From: a virus
Taxonomy: Duplodnaviria; Caudoviricetes
IMG/VR virus record: IMGVR_UViG_3300045120_000032
Location: 1 to 59,324 of that record
Reading direction: 5' to 3' (one strand)
Length of the DNA: 59,324 nt
In this document: positions 35,279 to 45,864 of the stretch, piece after piece
Numbering within the stretch: the stretch's first letter is position 1
Layout: each line of letters starts with the position of its first letter
The notes under the pieces: model-generated
What the model was told of the DNA's origin: nothing
The model's database searches: none
What the model saw: only the letters and a program-made list of their open reading frames with translations
Program-made: the position numbers and the translations under genes

Positions 35279-35807
35279 CCCACGTCAGATAGCAGAGGAT
35301 AAACAGTCGGTTTTCGTATCTCAACTGGCTAGCAAGCTTCGTGGCATCGTCGAGGAAATCACTGACATTGATCGAAAGCTTACGCCGCTAAAAGACAGAA
35401 GGAAACTTCTGGCTTCTGAGCGCGATAGGCTAAGGAAGCTGATGTACGACACACCTTCGTTTGAAACCCGCACAGGGAGTGGACAAGGATTGTACGTCCA
35501 CACTCGCTACTTCATGCCATATGTCGATGAATGGATCATTGACTATGACATTCATCACGGTGGTAAGGGTGGACAATCCATGCTCGCTGCTAGAGCCAAC
35601 ATCAGCTCCAAGAATATCAGGAGCTACAACAGTGGAAAGATCAACTATGCGGGGATTGTCACGGTTGACAGGCTTCTCACAGCAATGGGACGTGAGGATC
35701 TGATGGACAGTATGCCGTTCCAGACCACACTAGAGCTAGGTATGGGTGGTCACGCATTCCGCAAAGAAACAATAGAGCCACCACCAAGCCAATACTACGA
35801 GGACTGA
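35262..35807 (+). CDS. Coiled-coil + XRE-type HTH protein (possible regulator)
   Basis: [22 protein letters not shown]...[10 protein letters not shown] fits an XRE helix-turn-helix. Confidence 0.55.
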   Translation: MSQSASPRQIAEDKQSVFVSQLASKLRGIVEEITDIDRKLTPLKDRRKLLASERDRLRKLMYDTPSFETRTGSGQGLYVHTRYFMPYVDEWIIDYDIHHGGKGGQSMLAARANISSKNIRSYNSGKINYAGIVTVDRLLTAMGREDLMDSMPFQTTLELGMGGHAFRKETIEPPPSQYYED

Positions 35808-36157
35808 TGTTACAAGCGGAAGAAATCGACAGACTCTACGGAATCAAGTCTGTCCCAAGGGATTACCACGAACCTCTTGTTACTGTCGAAGAATGGCAAG
35901 GTTGTGAGAGGTCGATTAGGAATGGTGGTTATGCCTATAGACGCATAGCTGGTATTCTTAGAGCAGAGCACAGACTTGCAATGGAGAACATACTAGAGCG
36001 CAAGCTAGTAAAGGGAGAGAGCGTGCATCACAAGAATGGAATCAAAGACGACAACAGATTTGAGAACCTAGAACTGTTCTCATCGAGAAGTCATCCGAAT
36101 GGGGTGAGACTCAATGACATCACTTGTCCCCACTGTGGAAAGCCCTATGGAGCCTAA
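35807..36157 (+). CDS. HNH endonuclease
   Basis: EHRLAME...[18 protein letters not shown]. Confidence 0.85.
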   Translation: MLQAEEIDRLYGIKSVPRDYHEPLVTVEEWQGCERSIRNGGYAYRRIAGILRAEHRLAMENILERKLVKGESVHHKNGIKDDNRFENLELFSSRSHPNGVRLNDITCPHCGKPYGA

Positions 36158-38639
36158 AGCACCTGGCGCCATCTGTCACAAATGTCCATTCAAGGATAGA
36201 GCGTTCGCTGCTACAACTGGCCCAAAGGATGCAAAGATCGCAGTTGTTTCACGCTCTCCTGGGCATATGGAAGCTATGGCTGGCAAATCATTTGCTGGAA
36301 TGTCAGGCAGAGTTTTGAATCATTTGCTTGAAGTGCATGGTGTTCCACGTGACACAGTTATCGCTACTAACGTGGTTCTCTGTGAATCGGGAAGCCCCGC
36401 AGAAGAGAAAGGCAACAGCTTTGCGCTGGCTGCGGCTTGCTGTGAGAGCCGCCTAGAGGCTGAAATCGCTCAGGCCGACACCGTAATCGCCTGCGGGGTC
36501 GAGGCGGTTTCAACCCTTACAGGCGTTTCCAGCATTGCCAGGAATCGCGGTTATGTCCACAATCGCGTGTCAAACGGGAAAACACAGCGAGTAATAGTCA
36601 GTTCTAATCCGGCTGTAGCGATTCGCAATGATGGAACATTCCCTGATCTAGTACGAGACTTTAGGCTCGCGCTTGATCCTCTACCTACACCTGATATGCC
36701 GAAGGTGCGGATAGTGGACACGCTTGAGGAAGCCGAAGTAGCGTTCTATCAGATGCTTGAGCAGCTTTGTGAGAACCCCACGCTGATCGCGTCTGATATT
36801 GAGACTCGCGGTTCTCTTGATATATCGCAGAAGGATACTGATTCAAAGCGTGGAGGTCTGCGACATACAGCACAAGTCGTCTGTGCGGGTTTCTCCATAC
36901 GTCCCGAGCGGGCTGTAGTATTCGGAGAAGCCGTGTGTACCAACAAGGCGTTCTTTGAAGATAAGCTCAGTCAGTTGTGGGATATCGAAGGTTGCACGTA
37001 TCTCTGGCATAACGGCAAGTACGACGTGAAGATCCTCAGAACGCAGGGTATTGATTGTCGTGTGGATGAGGATAGTATGCTGCTCTCCTGGTGTTTGGAT
37101 GAGCGTCCTGGTAATCCTGAAAGTGGAGCAGGAGGTCACTCACTTGAATGGCTACTCAAAGACGAACTCGGATGGACAAAGTACGAATCACCCTCTGTAC
37201 AGCAGTTCAAGAAAACCGGCGTCCTCGCAACAACCTCAGTCAGACACGAACTCTACAATTACAACGGACTCGATACAGCCGGATGTCTCGGTCTATTCGA
37301 GGTTCTCAAACAACGTGCTATTAACGACAATGTATGGGACAAGCCATACAAGTCCATGCTTATTGACCTCAGCGAGACTTTCGTAGCTCTTGAGCTTGAG
37401 GGTAATCTCTTCGATGCTGACGTAGCTTGCGACATTCTTGAAGATGAGGTATGGCCGTTGCTTCGCAAGCAGAAAACTAAGATGCGAACTGCGGTGAAGA
37501 AGCCAGGTCTGAATCCTAACTCACCGAAGCAGATGGAAGAACTGTACTACGAGGATTGGGGATTGAAGCACAACCTCATGCGTCCCAAGATTGAGCGTAT
37601 GGGTAAACGTTCAACGGATGCGCTGGTTCGTGAGACAATCTTGAACAACGAGTTTACGTCGTATACTCTTGGTACTGACTTCAATCGGGAGAGTATCAAG
37701 AACTTCACTGAGGTCTATGACGACTTCAAGAGTCTCGACAAACAACGCGGGACATACTTCGAGGGTCTTGTGTTACGGAGGTTCCCCAATGGACGAATAT
37801 ACACTGAATTTAAAATTCATGGAACTGAATCTGGACGTGTCAGCTCAGCTAACCCAAATCTTCAAAATATTACAAGAACTAAAGCTGGAATGCCAAGCAT
37901 CAGATCCGCGTTTATTCCAGATCCCGGCTGTCTCTTCATTTCGGGTGACCTATCACAAGCTGAGCTACGTACAATTGCGGTCTTGTCTGGAGACACTAAT
38001 CTCCAAGGAATATATCGTGACACTGGAAGAAGTCTCCATAAGGAAGTTGCCGCAGAGTTCTACGGTGAAGATTACACCTATGAACAGTACGTCCGAGCAA
38101 AGAACATCAACTTCGGAGTAGCGTACTGGCAGAGCGCGTTCAGTTTCGCGCAGCTCTACCACATGGAGATTGGTGAAGCGCAGAACTACATAGACTTCTG
38201 GTGGGATAGGTTCCCACAAGTGTGGGAGTGGACTAAAGCGATGGAGCAGCAGGTTATGACCGAGGGTGAGATACAATCACCGTTCGGTCATAAGCGGCGC
38301 TTCTACATCATCCCAGCAGATGAGGGTGCTCGCCTGCATGTAGTGAAAGAGGGCATCAATTTCAAACCTCAGAACATTGCAGCGAACACAACACTTTGGG
38401 CACTCATCAAGTTTACCAGGCACTTGAAGGAGAACGATCTTTGGCACATTGCCCAGCCGCGCATCACAGTCCACGATTCCATCCTCGTCAACTGTCGTGA
38501 ATCTCACGTAGATGAGATTTCTGAACTGCTCAAGGGCTTCATGCAAACAGCGGCACAGGAGTCGATTGGATGGGAGTTCCCGTATCTCGCTGATATCTCG
38601 GTTGGTAGAGATTGGGGTTCAATGAAGGAAATCACATGA
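36114..38639 (+). CDS. DNA polymerase A with N-terminal uracil-DNA-glycosylase-like domain and 3'-5' exonuclease
   Basis: CxxCP..SPG..E...G..F.G.SG..L, TNVVLC; DIET, HNGKYD, YNGLD; [23 protein letters not shown]. Start may be ATG 36147. Confidence 0.92.
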   Translation: MTSLVPTVESPMEPKAPGAICHKCPFKDRAFAATTGPKDAKIAVVSRSPGHMEAMAGKSFAGMSGRVLNHLLEVHGVPRDTVIATNVVLCESGSPAEEKGNSFALAAACCESRLEAEIAQADTVIACGVEAVSTLTGVSSIARNRGYVHNRVSNGKTQRVIVSSNPAVAIRNDGTFPDLVRDFRLALDPLPTPDMPKVRIVDTLEEAEVAFYQMLEQLCENPTLIASDIETRGSLDISQKDTDSKRGGLRHTAQVVCAGFSIRPERAVVFGEAVCTNKAFFEDKLSQLWDIEGCTYLWHNGKYDVKILRTQGIDCRVDEDSMLLSWCLDERPGNPESGAGGHSLEWLLKDELGWTKYESPSVQQFKKTGVLATTSVRHELYNYNGLDTAGCLGLFEVLKQRAINDNVWDKPYKSMLIDLSETFVALELEGNLFDADVACDILEDEVWPLLRKQKTKMRTAVKKPGLNPNSPKQMEELYYEDWGLKHNLMRPKIERMGKRSTDALVRETILNNEFTSYTLGTDFNRESIKNFTEVYDDFKSLDKQRGTYFEGLVLRRFPNGRIYTEFKIHGTESGRVSSANPNLQNITRTKAGMPSIRSAFIPDPGCLFISGDLSQAELRTIAVLSGDTNLQGIYRDTGRSLHKEVAAEFYGEDYTYEQYVRAKNINFGVAYWQSAFSFAQLYHMEIGEAQNYIDFWWDRFPQVWEWTKAMEQQVMTEGEIQSPFGHKRRFYIIPADEGARLHVVKEGINFKPQNIAANTTLWALIKFTRHLKENDLWHIAQPRITVHDSILVNCRESHVDEISELLKGFMQTAAQESIGWEFPYLADISVGRDWGSMKEIT

Positions 38640-38854
38640 GGCGCATCATCTACGGGCCACCCAACTGGCTCGTCACAAAGATGAGTGCAGAGGACAGACG
38701 TATGTTCGGTTTCTGGACAATCATCTTCTCGGTGATTGGCGCGTTCTTTTGGGGGCATCAGGTATTGTACGTGACCGTGCTCAGCATTGTCGCGTTGATT
38801 CCCAACTATGCCAGTGAAACACCTGTCGAAATAGAGGGGTCGGATGAGGCGTAA
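38636..38854 (+). CDS. Small membrane protein (2 TM)
   Basis: ATGA overlap with the polymerase stop; hydrophobic segments. Confidence 0.6.
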   Translation: MRRIIYGPPNWLVTKMSAEDRRMFGFWTIIFSVIGAFFWGHQVLYVTVLSIVALIPNYASETPVEIEGSDEA

Positions 38855-39116
38855 TAAGGAAAGAGAGAGTGAACTATCGGAAATGCAGACCAATCCAAAC
38901 TTCCCTTTTTACGTGGGGAGACTTGTGGGTGCAGCAGAAGTAACAGCCCACTGGCTCTCCCTACAGGAACAACCACAAGCTAAGGAAATGGGTAGGCGTA
39001 TGGGAATGGTGGTCGGATGGTTTCTTCCGGGTGGTGCTGGTGATATGGAAACGTCTGAGTATCCCACAGGTATCATGCCCCCCACACTGACGCCACCGCT
39101 GCCACCCAAGAAGTAG
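38844..39116 (+). CDS. Hypothetical protein
   Basis: SD GAGGGG. Confidence 0.55.
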   Translation: MRRNKERESELSEMQTNPNFPFYVGRLVGAAEVTAHWLSLQEQPQAKEMGRRMGMVVGWFLPGGAGDMETSEYPTGIMPPTLTPPLPPKK

Positions 39117-39186
39117 TGTCAGTAGAGCATGTCATTGAAGTCTTGTTCATTCTCCTAATCCTGGCTCTGTTTTGGGAGGCTCGTAG

Positions 39187-39678
39187 ATGACGCTGAGAAT
39201 CATGGCTGTCGATCCTGGCGTGATGACTGGCTTCACTTACGCCAACATCACGGATGATAAGAAGCTTGAGGTCTACCCATTTCAGATGCCTGATGAGGTT
39301 GATGACTTCTGGCGCAGACTCCACACGTTCCTGCCAGACATCATCATCATGGAGGACTTCGAGTTTCGTGGACGTGGTAGGACTGGCCTCAATTTGTTTC
39401 CCGTCCAGCTCATCGGTGTGGCTCGATTGTACGAACTCACTGAGGCTAGCGGTAGAGTCGAACTTGTCCTACAGAATGCAGGTGTCGGTAAAGCCTACTA
39501 TACCGATGTCATGCTGAAAAGCAAGAAGCTGTATAAGCGCGGCATCCCACACGGTATGGACTCTCTGCGTCATTTGATGCAATGGACGACATTCCGTGGA
39601 GGCGCGCGATACGTGGATTTCAAGACTGGCGAACAGATGGCGGCGCTACTCACAACTTGGATTGAGCGCCCCCGCTAA
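39187..39678 (+). CDS. RuvC-like Holliday junction resolvase
   Basis: IMAVDPG..TG, IIMEDF, HGMDS. Confidence 0.75.
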   Translation: MTLRIMAVDPGVMTGFTYANITDDKKLEVYPFQMPDEVDDFWRRLHTFLPDIIIMEDFEFRGRGRTGLNLFPVQLIGVARLYELTEASGRVELVLQNAGVGKAYYTDVMLKSKKLYKRGIPHGMDSLRHLMQWTTFRGGARYVDFKTGEQMAALLTTWIERPR

Positions 39679-39779
39679 CAAAAACCAGCACAGGAAGGGG
39701 TGATAAAGATACACAACTAGAAATACTGCCGCATATACTCGGCAGCATCTAGTAAACTACACAGGAGGATTCACCACTT

Positions 39780-40136
39780 ATGCGTAAGCTAACGCTGACA
39801 CTCGTTCTGCTCCTAGCTATAACGGTGCCAACAGCAATAGCCCAAGCAGATAGTAGCAAGTCGAACTACGCATCAGCACAGAGAGCCGTGTGTTACTACT
39901 TCGGCCCAAACTGTGGCATGGCAATGAAGATCGTCAACTGCGAAACTGGAGGTAGCTATAGTCCCTGGGCATCAAACGGTCAGTATCTAGGAATGTTCCA
40001 AATGGGCAGTTACGCCCGATCTAGATACGGACACGGAAATAGCGTATGGGCGCAAGCGAAGGCAGCATACGCTTATTTCAAAGACGCAGGGTTCAGCCCG
40101 TGGTTGAACTATGAGCCGCCCGGTTGCGCTATGTAA
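39780..40136 (+). CDS. Secreted lytic transglycosylase (Rpf/SLT-like)
   Basis: Signal peptide (AQA), CETGG, NGQYLGMFQM, terminal PW; SD AGGAGG. Confidence 0.75.
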   Translation: MRKLTLTLVLLLAITVPTAIAQADSSKSNYASAQRAVCYYFGPNCGMAMKIVNCETGGSYSPWASNGQYLGMFQMGSYARSRYGHGNSVWAQAKAAYAYFKDAGFSPWLNYEPPGCAM

Positions 40137-40158
40137 GAAGATATAACAGCATAACACC

Positions 40159-40246
40159 GTTGAGGGGTGCAGCGTCGGATATGGAGGATGGACGGGAGAG
40201 AGTCGCCGTGTCCTCGACAGTCCTTCGCGCACCCCTCAACCTTTTT
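40159..40246 (+). terminator. Large stem-loop at the convergence of the two arms
   Basis: GTTGAGGGGTGC/GCACCCCTCAAC 12-bp helix followed by CTTTTT. Confidence 0.6.
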
Positions 40247-40252
40247 AGTTGG

Positions 40253-40564
40253 TCAGGTTTTAACGCATGTCCAGATTTCGGTTTGTCCTCCTGGTGCATT
40301 CAATACAACAGCTTGGAATGTAGAACCAGTTGGACAACTCTCTGCACCACCGCCTGGGCCTGCTGGGCCTGATGGCCCTGTAGCTCCTGCTGGGCCAGAT
40401 GGCCCTGTTGGGCCTTCTTGTCCTGTACCAACGTTTATAGTCGTGGTTTTCGTTGGGGCCTGTGTACTGGAGCTTGTCATAGCTACGGCTCCTAGAGCAC
40501 CTGAAGTGCCTGCTAGTCCAACCGCAGCAGCCATGTACAGAACTGATGGTCTAGGCATTTTCAT
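40253..40564 (-). CDS. Small membrane-anchored/secreted protein with collagen-like repeat
   Basis: N-terminal hydrophobic segment, GPxGPx run, two Cys; last gene of the lysis cassette. Confidence 0.65.
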   Translation of the reverse strand: MKMPRPSVLYMAAAVGLAGTSGALGAVAMTSSSTQAPTKTTTINVGTGQEGPTGPSGPAGATGPSGPAGPGGGAESCPTGSTFQAVVLNAPGGQTEIWTCVKT

Positions 40565-40745
40565 CGGCTTTCACCCATTCCTCTTCGGTGTTTACTTCCG
40601 CGACTAGCTTCTGTCCTTCCGGCTTCTTTGGTTCTGTGCCAGCTCTTTTGAGTGCGGCATACCCCGCCAAGAAGCTACCGATACCAGCTAGGAGAGAGCC
40701 TAATCCAACAAGCGTTATCTCCCATGTGATGTCTATGAAAATCAT
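40551..40745 (-). CDS. Putative holin-like membrane protein
   Basis: One TM segment; directly after the endolysin. Confidence 0.5.
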   Translation of the reverse strand: MIFIDITWEITLVGLGSLLAGIGSFLAGYAALKRAGTEPKKPEGQKLVAEVNTEEEWVKADENA

Positions 40746-40753
40746 TCACCCAT

Positions 40754-41680
40754 TCACGGTTCCCTGACGCGGACAAATACAACCTGTGCCATACTTACTG
40801 ATCTTTCGCGCCGCATGACCTGTCCACCATTGCTGTCGTTCCCTGCTCCGGTGTTACCTTCGATTGAACTGAACACACCGTGTGGTCTGTCGATCCACTT
40901 CTCAAAGATACCGATGTGGTCGAACGTTACATCTCTGTCCCAATCGAAAAGAACTAGATCACCAGGAATAGGATCTTTTGTGACACTCAATCCGTTCTTG
41001 TTGTTGCGAGCATCCTGTACGACATAAGGACAGTAGGCATACTGGCTACCGCGCTCAAAGCTGGGACTTCCACCAGCTTCAATCTCGAAGCAGTAAGTCA
41101 TAAAGATGGCACACCACGGCTGGTAGTCAACTCCGTACCAGCTTCCGAACTGTGTGTGGTTTGAGCCTCTTGGTGATTCCTTTGTACCGATGTGCTTGAT
41201 AGCTCCGTCTAGCGCACGCTGACGAACCGAGCTAGGTGCAGGAGACGGTTCGGTTGTCTCCTTTCCACCGAACATCGTCCATGCCTCGGCAATGAGGTTC
41301 TGTGCAGTAACGTCCATTGCCATCTCACCAGCATGAGGATTGCCTTCTGGCACACGGATGCTACGAAACAGATTAAAAGTTTTCTCTCCAATCCAGCCAG
41401 TATCATCAAGACCCTGCTGACGTTGCACACCAGCGACACCGCTCTCTCCAACGTTGCCGCTAGTTCCATGTGAGAATCCATTGCTGAACTTCTCATCAAA
41501 TTTCTGCCACGGCCATCTACCTGCGCGAGATACCGTTCGCTTGTAAGCCTCGATATCAGGGCCAGGTGTGCTAGGCGTCTTACCCTTACTCTTTGCATCA
41601 GGCGGGTACACTGGCCGAGGAAAACCCGGCACAGGAACCATCTTACCACCTTTGTACGGTTCTTTCCACCAATCTGTCAT
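40754..41680 (-). CDS. Endolysin (CHAP domain with N-terminal PG-binding-like region)
   Basis: QPWCAIF, PGDLVLFDW, DHIGI, IEGNT. Confidence 0.88.
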   Translation of the reverse strand: MTDWWKEPYKGGKMVPVPGFPRPVYPPDAKSKGKTPSTPGPDIEAYKRTVSRAGRWPWQKFDEKFSNGFSHGTSGNVGESGVAGVQRQQGLDDTGWIGEKTFNLFRSIRVPEGNPHAGEMAMDVTAQNLIAEAWTMFGGKETTEPSPAPSSVRQRALDGAIKHIGTKESPRGSNHTQFGSWYGVDYQPWCAIFMTYCFEIEAGGSPSFERGSQYAYCPYVVQDARNNKNGLSVTKDPIPGDLVLFDWDRDVTFDHIGIFEKWIDRPHGVFSSIEGNTGAGNDSNGGQVMRRERSVSMAQVVFVRVREP

Positions 41681-41700
41681 GCTCTCTCCTAACTTCCGAC

Positions 41701-42735
41701 TTACGAGTTGTAACCTGACTTTGGTACGAAGTCGTAGTACGCACCAACGTTGAAGCAGATGGCGTTATTGACTCCCTGTGCGGTACACCAACGCTTCGCA
41801 CCTATCTGTTCCCCACCATTGACATTGCAGACATAGATGTAGAAGCCATAGGTGGGGCCATTCTGCCACGGCTCGTACCAAGTACCACCTACTAGAAGAT
41901 CAAGAACAATGACGTTCCCTGCTGAACCACTCTCGACACGTTCACCATACAACCACGCCCGCATCTGATAGTGCGTGGGATCAGGATTTCCAGGTAGGTT
42001 GAGATAGCCGATCTTCTGTCCAGTGTTGCTCCAAATCCAGTTTCCACCTGAACCGTCATATCCCTCTGGTGGGGTACGTCCACCTTCGTAGTCTCCGTTG
42101 TCATTATTCCACACATACAGCTCTCCTAGAAGAACTGTGCCTGCTGCCGGAGCTGCATTACTAACACTGGCAGTTACGGCAGAGCTAACGTTGTTACCGT
42201 GACTATCTGTTGCTCCTACCTGGAATGTGTGGTTACCGGCGGAGAGCAGATGCGTGTCGTAACTGACAGAATGAGCGCCTGCCCAATTCTGTGCTGCTCC
42301 TACAGCCGCACCATCTACGTAGAACTGTACGCTTATGCCAGCATCATACGAGGTTGCGTTGGCTGACATCGTGATGACACCCGAGACATTCGCGCCATTA
42401 CCAGGACTAGTCAACACCACGGTTGGCGCGTTTTCTATATTAACTGGTACAGACACGACAGTCACGTTGCCCACACGATCTGTGATAACAGCCTGATATG
42501 TGTGGTTACCATTCAGGGCTGTAGTGGTGTCGTGATTCACTGTGTACGGCGCAACCGTGTCGGGCGCCCCGATATTGGCACCGTCGATGCGGAACTGGAC
42601 ACTTGCGATCTTGTCGTTGTCAGCCGCATTCATGGAGAGCGTGATTGTACCGCTTACCGTGGCACCACTAGCAGGACTGGTAAACCCACCAGTCGGGACT
42701 ACACGATCAGTGTCAAGGATTCCGTGTGGTATCAC
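41701..42735 (-). CDS. Ig-like (Big) domain virion protein
   Basis: Two TSP..GA.VSG.IT...VQF.(I/V)DG...G.HT repeats. Confidence 0.75.
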   Translation of the reverse strand: MIPHGILDTDRVVPTGGFTSPASGATVSGTITLSMNAADNDKIASVQFRIDGANIGAPDTVAPYTVNHDTTTALNGNHTYQAVITDRVGNVTVVSVPVNIENAPTVVLTSPGNGANVSGVITMSANATSYDAGISVQFYVDGAAVGAAQNWAGAHSVSYDTHLLSAGNHTFQVGATDSHGNNVSSAVTASVSNAAPAAGTVLLGELYVWNNDNGDYEGGRTPPEGYDGSGGNWIWSNTGQKIGYLNLPGNPDPTHYQMRAWLYGERVESGSAGNVIVLDLLVGGTWYEPWQNGPTYGFYIYVCNVNGGEQIGAKRWCTAQGVNNAICFNVGAYYDFVPKSGYNS

Positions 42736-43550
42736 GGTACGAGGTTTCCTGCAACCCACCAATCATCTGTGCCGCGCTTGATTAGCGAGCACATCGCGTA
42801 CTGACCGGCTAGCCTCAAGTTGTTGTTGTACGCTCTGAGTGTCACTCCTGCACCAGCCACGATTAGCGTCTGTCCTGTACTGAGCTGTCCTACCTCGATC
42901 GTCGTGCCAATCGGGAAAGCCACTGATGCGTTCGGTGGGACTGTGAGATTGTTGGCAGCGGCCATGTTCATCTCAATCACCAAAGCAGCATCACTCAGGA
43001 CTAGCGTGTAGTTCACTGTCTTAGTGGCAGGCGGGTTGACTGGATACGACCAGGAAGAGTCACCATTCAACTGCTTCCTGGGATCACCAGGATATCCGGC
43101 AAGTGAGCTAGCTGCGATGATTAGCGTTTGCACACGCTTATCAACAATCTTCGCACCATTGATGGACGCCGCTCCTGATGGAACCCGCACAGCAGCTAGG
43201 ACTACCTTACCTGCTGGATCAGGAAAAACAGGTGCAGCCGCAGGAGTACCATTTACTGCACTCTTCGCACCTGTGTTATCTACACAGATGAGATCGAAGC
43301 GTGCGTTAGTAGGATCAGCCGCAGCGATGTTGACGTTACCACCAGTCACAGCTACGGTCGTTCCTGCTACAGCAATAGAACCCGCTGCTACTGCGACAGT
43401 CATGTTGGGTGCGCCTTGCGCTGTTACTGCACAACCACTGATGATGCCTGTTCCCATGAATGCTGGGACAAGCATAGCCGAGAAGTCACGTGCGTCAGGT
43501 TGTGCTTGTGACACATGCTCGGCGTCTGCTGAGTTCGGGATCGTAAACAA
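42732..43550 (-). CDS. Tail fibre / baseplate-associated protein
   Basis: SD AAGGAGG + TTG; PNMTVAVAAG, ADPTNARFDLI; C-terminal YTLVLSD...FPIGT...WWVAGNL. Confidence 0.7.
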   Translation of the reverse strand: MFTIPNSADAEHVSQAQPDARDFSAMLVPAFMGTGIISGCAVTAQGAPNMTVAVAAGSIAVAGTTVAVTGGNVNIAAADPTNARFDLICVDNTGAKSAVNGTPAAAPVFPDPAGKVVLAAVRVPSGAASINGAKIVDKRVQTLIIAASSLAGYPGDPRKQLNGDSSWSYPVNPPATKTVNYTLVLSDAALVIEMNMAAANNLTVPPNASVAFPIGTTIEVGQLSTGQTLIVAGAGVTLRAYNNNLRLAGQYAMCSLIKRGTDDWWVAGNLVP

Positions 43551-43560
43551 GTATGCCTCC

Positions 43561-44139
43561 TTAGATAACCAGCCTGAGCGTGTCAGGCGGCGTACCTCGC
43601 ATTGCCGAGTCACGCATAGCAAATGCCTTCTGACCTACGAAAACAATGTAGGTCATGATTAGTCCGGCAGGCTTCTGAGATGTCAGAGCCTTCAATACCT
43701 TGGCTTGATCGGTAGTCTCACTACCGTAGGTGAGTACCTCAAAGTGGTATGGACTGGTATCTCTCTCCTTGACAATGACTGTCTGGCTACCAGTCAAAAA
43801 CGGTAGTGGCGCAGCTTGTAGCGCAGCCACAGTTCCACGCTTCCAGTTGCCTAGTCCAATCAGTTGTTCTCTCTGCATATTAGCTGGCAGACCTTGGGTG
43901 ATCTGGATTCCCACGAACTGCCCAAGCCATGTGATAGCGTAGTCGGGTACGCGAGTTGCATCGACCAGGATGCTATACCCGATCTTACCATCGTCTGAGT
44001 CACGTGCCCAATCCTCGATAATCTCGAAGTTCATGCCGAGAGAACTCAGGTACGTGGTTAGTGCGTATCCCTGATTTGGCTCGTCGTACAGCATTGGCTG
44101 TAGCAGCTTCAACAGCGACTCTGTGAATGTCTCTGGCAT
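43561..44139 (-). CDS. Baseplate wedge / tail protein I-like
   Basis: WLGQFVG, RGT..AL, QKPAGL; follows baseplate J. Confidence 0.75.
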   Translation of the reverse strand: MPETFTESLLKLLQPMLYDEPNQGYALTTYLSSLGMNFEIIEDWARDSDDGKIGYSILVDATRVPDYAITWLGQFVGIQITQGLPANMQREQLIGLGNWKRGTVAALQAAPLPFLTGSQTVIVKERDTSPYHFEVLTYGSETTDQAKVLKALTSQKPAGLIMTYIVFVGQKAFAMRDSAMRGTPPDTLRLVI

Positions 44140-44140
44140 C

Positions 44141-45316
44141 TCAGTTCACCGTTACAGCTATTGTACCAGGCTGTGTCAAAGCTGCGGGGGTTGCCAGTGG
44201 TACATCTGCTGTGCCGCCGTTCAGCGTGAGCGCCGTTACCCGGTTGACTCCTGGCGTGTTAGAGATTGCGGTAATCACTTCGTTGTAGTAGACAGTCGGA
44301 GTTTCAATCCACGACTGACTACCACTAGACTGTGTGATCGTCGGATCTTGTCCCCAAGTAGCAGGACTGAGGTACTGTTGGATAGAAGCTACGACTGACG
44401 ATTGTACAGCAGCCTGAGTAAAGCCGGCGAGTGCCACTACAGTAGTGGCTACATTGATTGTGGTGAACTTCGGATCAATGACATTCACGATGAAGTTTAT
44501 TTCCCTGTTGGCCTGCAAGTAAGCGTCAACATTGGCTTTCACTGTAGGCGAGACAGCCGCTCCATTCACGTCTACCGCAGCTACAGCGACCATACGCTCG
44601 TTGTTGTAAGTGCCGTTCGCTGGGTTGTAGTTGTCAATTGCCACGGCTCTCCAAACCGACGGGTCTGCATCAAGTGCCATAGACGCAAAATCATTGGGAA
44701 GGATCGGCCTCTGTGACAGCCGTTGCAGGTGTGCAACTAGACGATTGAGGTAGGTAGTGTCATCCTCATCATCTTGTCCACCAGTTGTAGCGCCAGTGAG
44801 TGCAACTCCACCATCAGCAACCCACGTGAGTACGTCGATGAGCTGGATTAGTACACCAGCACCACCTAGACCATTGGCATCCGAACCTTCTATGACGGCT
44901 CTGATTACTACAGCACCCGGCCCTGTTACGTTAGAACCGTTGGGCACCACAACATCGCTGACCACCTGGAAAGCTTGAATGTTGCCTGACAGGTCAGTGA
45001 TACCAACCGTAGTGCCTGCTGGGATTGTATGTCCCAGGTAGTCTGTGAGAGTCCACGTCGTATTGCCGATAGCCGGTGTAGCATCAACGGGCTGAATGCC
45101 CATGAGGGAAGATCCGAAGTACCGGAAGATGTCGTCCTGCACATCACTTGCGACATTCCTGTTGTCGCTTGCTAGCTGAGAGATTGCGCGAATGATCCAT
45201 ACGTCGAGGTTCGCATCCTGCGCTGCCCAGCTAGGAGCCTTTGTCTGAATGTAGTCAAATACCTCCTGTGCTAGAGCCGTCTGATTTGTCTCTAGCGGGA
45301 TCTTGATGTAAGTCAC
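44141..45316 (-). CDS. Baseplate J-like protein
   Basis: IPAGT, GGQDDEDDTTYLNRL, PGVNRV. Confidence 0.88.
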   Translation of the reverse strand: MTYIKIPLETNQTALAQEVFDYIQTKAPSWAAQDANLDVWIIRAISQLASDNRNVASDVQDDIFRYFGSSLMGIQPVDATPAIGNTTWTLTDYLGHTIPAGTTVGITDLSGNIQAFQVVSDVVVPNGSNVTGPGAVVIRAVIEGSDANGLGGAGVLIQLIDVLTWVADGGVALTGATTGGQDDEDDTTYLNRLVAHLQRLSQRPILPNDFASMALDADPSVWRAVAIDNYNPANGTYNNERMVAVAAVDVNGAAVSPTVKANVDAYLQANREINFIVNVIDPKFTTINVATTVVALAGFTQAAVQSSVVASIQQYLSPATWGQDPTITQSSGSQSWIETPTVYYNEVITAISNTPGVNRVTALTLNGGTADVPLATPAALTQPGTIAVTVN

Positions 45317-45320
45317 TAGT

Positions 45321-45647
45321 TCACCCCACCTGTACTGTCAGTCTGTCGATGAGTGAGTCAATAAGGTCTGGCATTTCTGAGATGAGAATGGTAGCCCGTG
45401 GTTCCTGTGCTTGCACTATCGAAACCACGTCGCTGCTGACAATCGGTTGTTCCAAAAGCTCCAACGTTGGGAAGCCGAACTGCGGCGCATCATTCCTGAA
45501 ACCAATAGGAGTGCGCACGATAGCCTCCACACAGTTGGCGATATCTTCAAACGAGTTCTGTTCAGCAACGACAGCACTCTTGTTGATTCCTGTACTACCG
45601 CTAAATCTAAACGGTAGGTCGAAGTGTGGATTAAGCATCAGACTCAT
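45321..45647 (-). CDS. Baseplate wedge gp25/GpW-like protein
   Basis: TPIGFR...PQFG...QEPR. Confidence 0.75.
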   Translation of the reverse strand: MSLMLNPHFDLPFRFSGSTGINKSAVVAEQNSFEDIANCVEAIVRTPIGFRNDAPQFGFPTLELLEQPIVSSDVVSIVQAQEPRATILISEMPDLIDSLIDRLTVQVG

Positions 45648-45855
45648 CGGGCGCGGCTGGGGTTTCCAAAGGCGGCACAGGAAGGGGTGCTGATGCCATT
45701 GCACCAATCTGTGCTGATGCATTCATGGTAATCGAAATCATATCCTTTTCAGGATCACCACCGACTGCATCCAATATCCTCTGTGCAGTTTCGTCGGCGG
45801 TGTATTCGTAACTTTCATCACCTGCCGTGAAATTGATCGACACGTTGATATTCAT
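45631..45855 (-). CDS. Hypothetical protein
   Basis: SD AAGGAG. Confidence 0.6.
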   Translation of the reverse strand: MNINVSINFTAGDESYEYTADETAQRILDAVGGDPEKDMISITMNASAQIGAMASAPLPVPPLETPAAPDESDA

Positions 45856-45864
45856 CTTCTCTCC

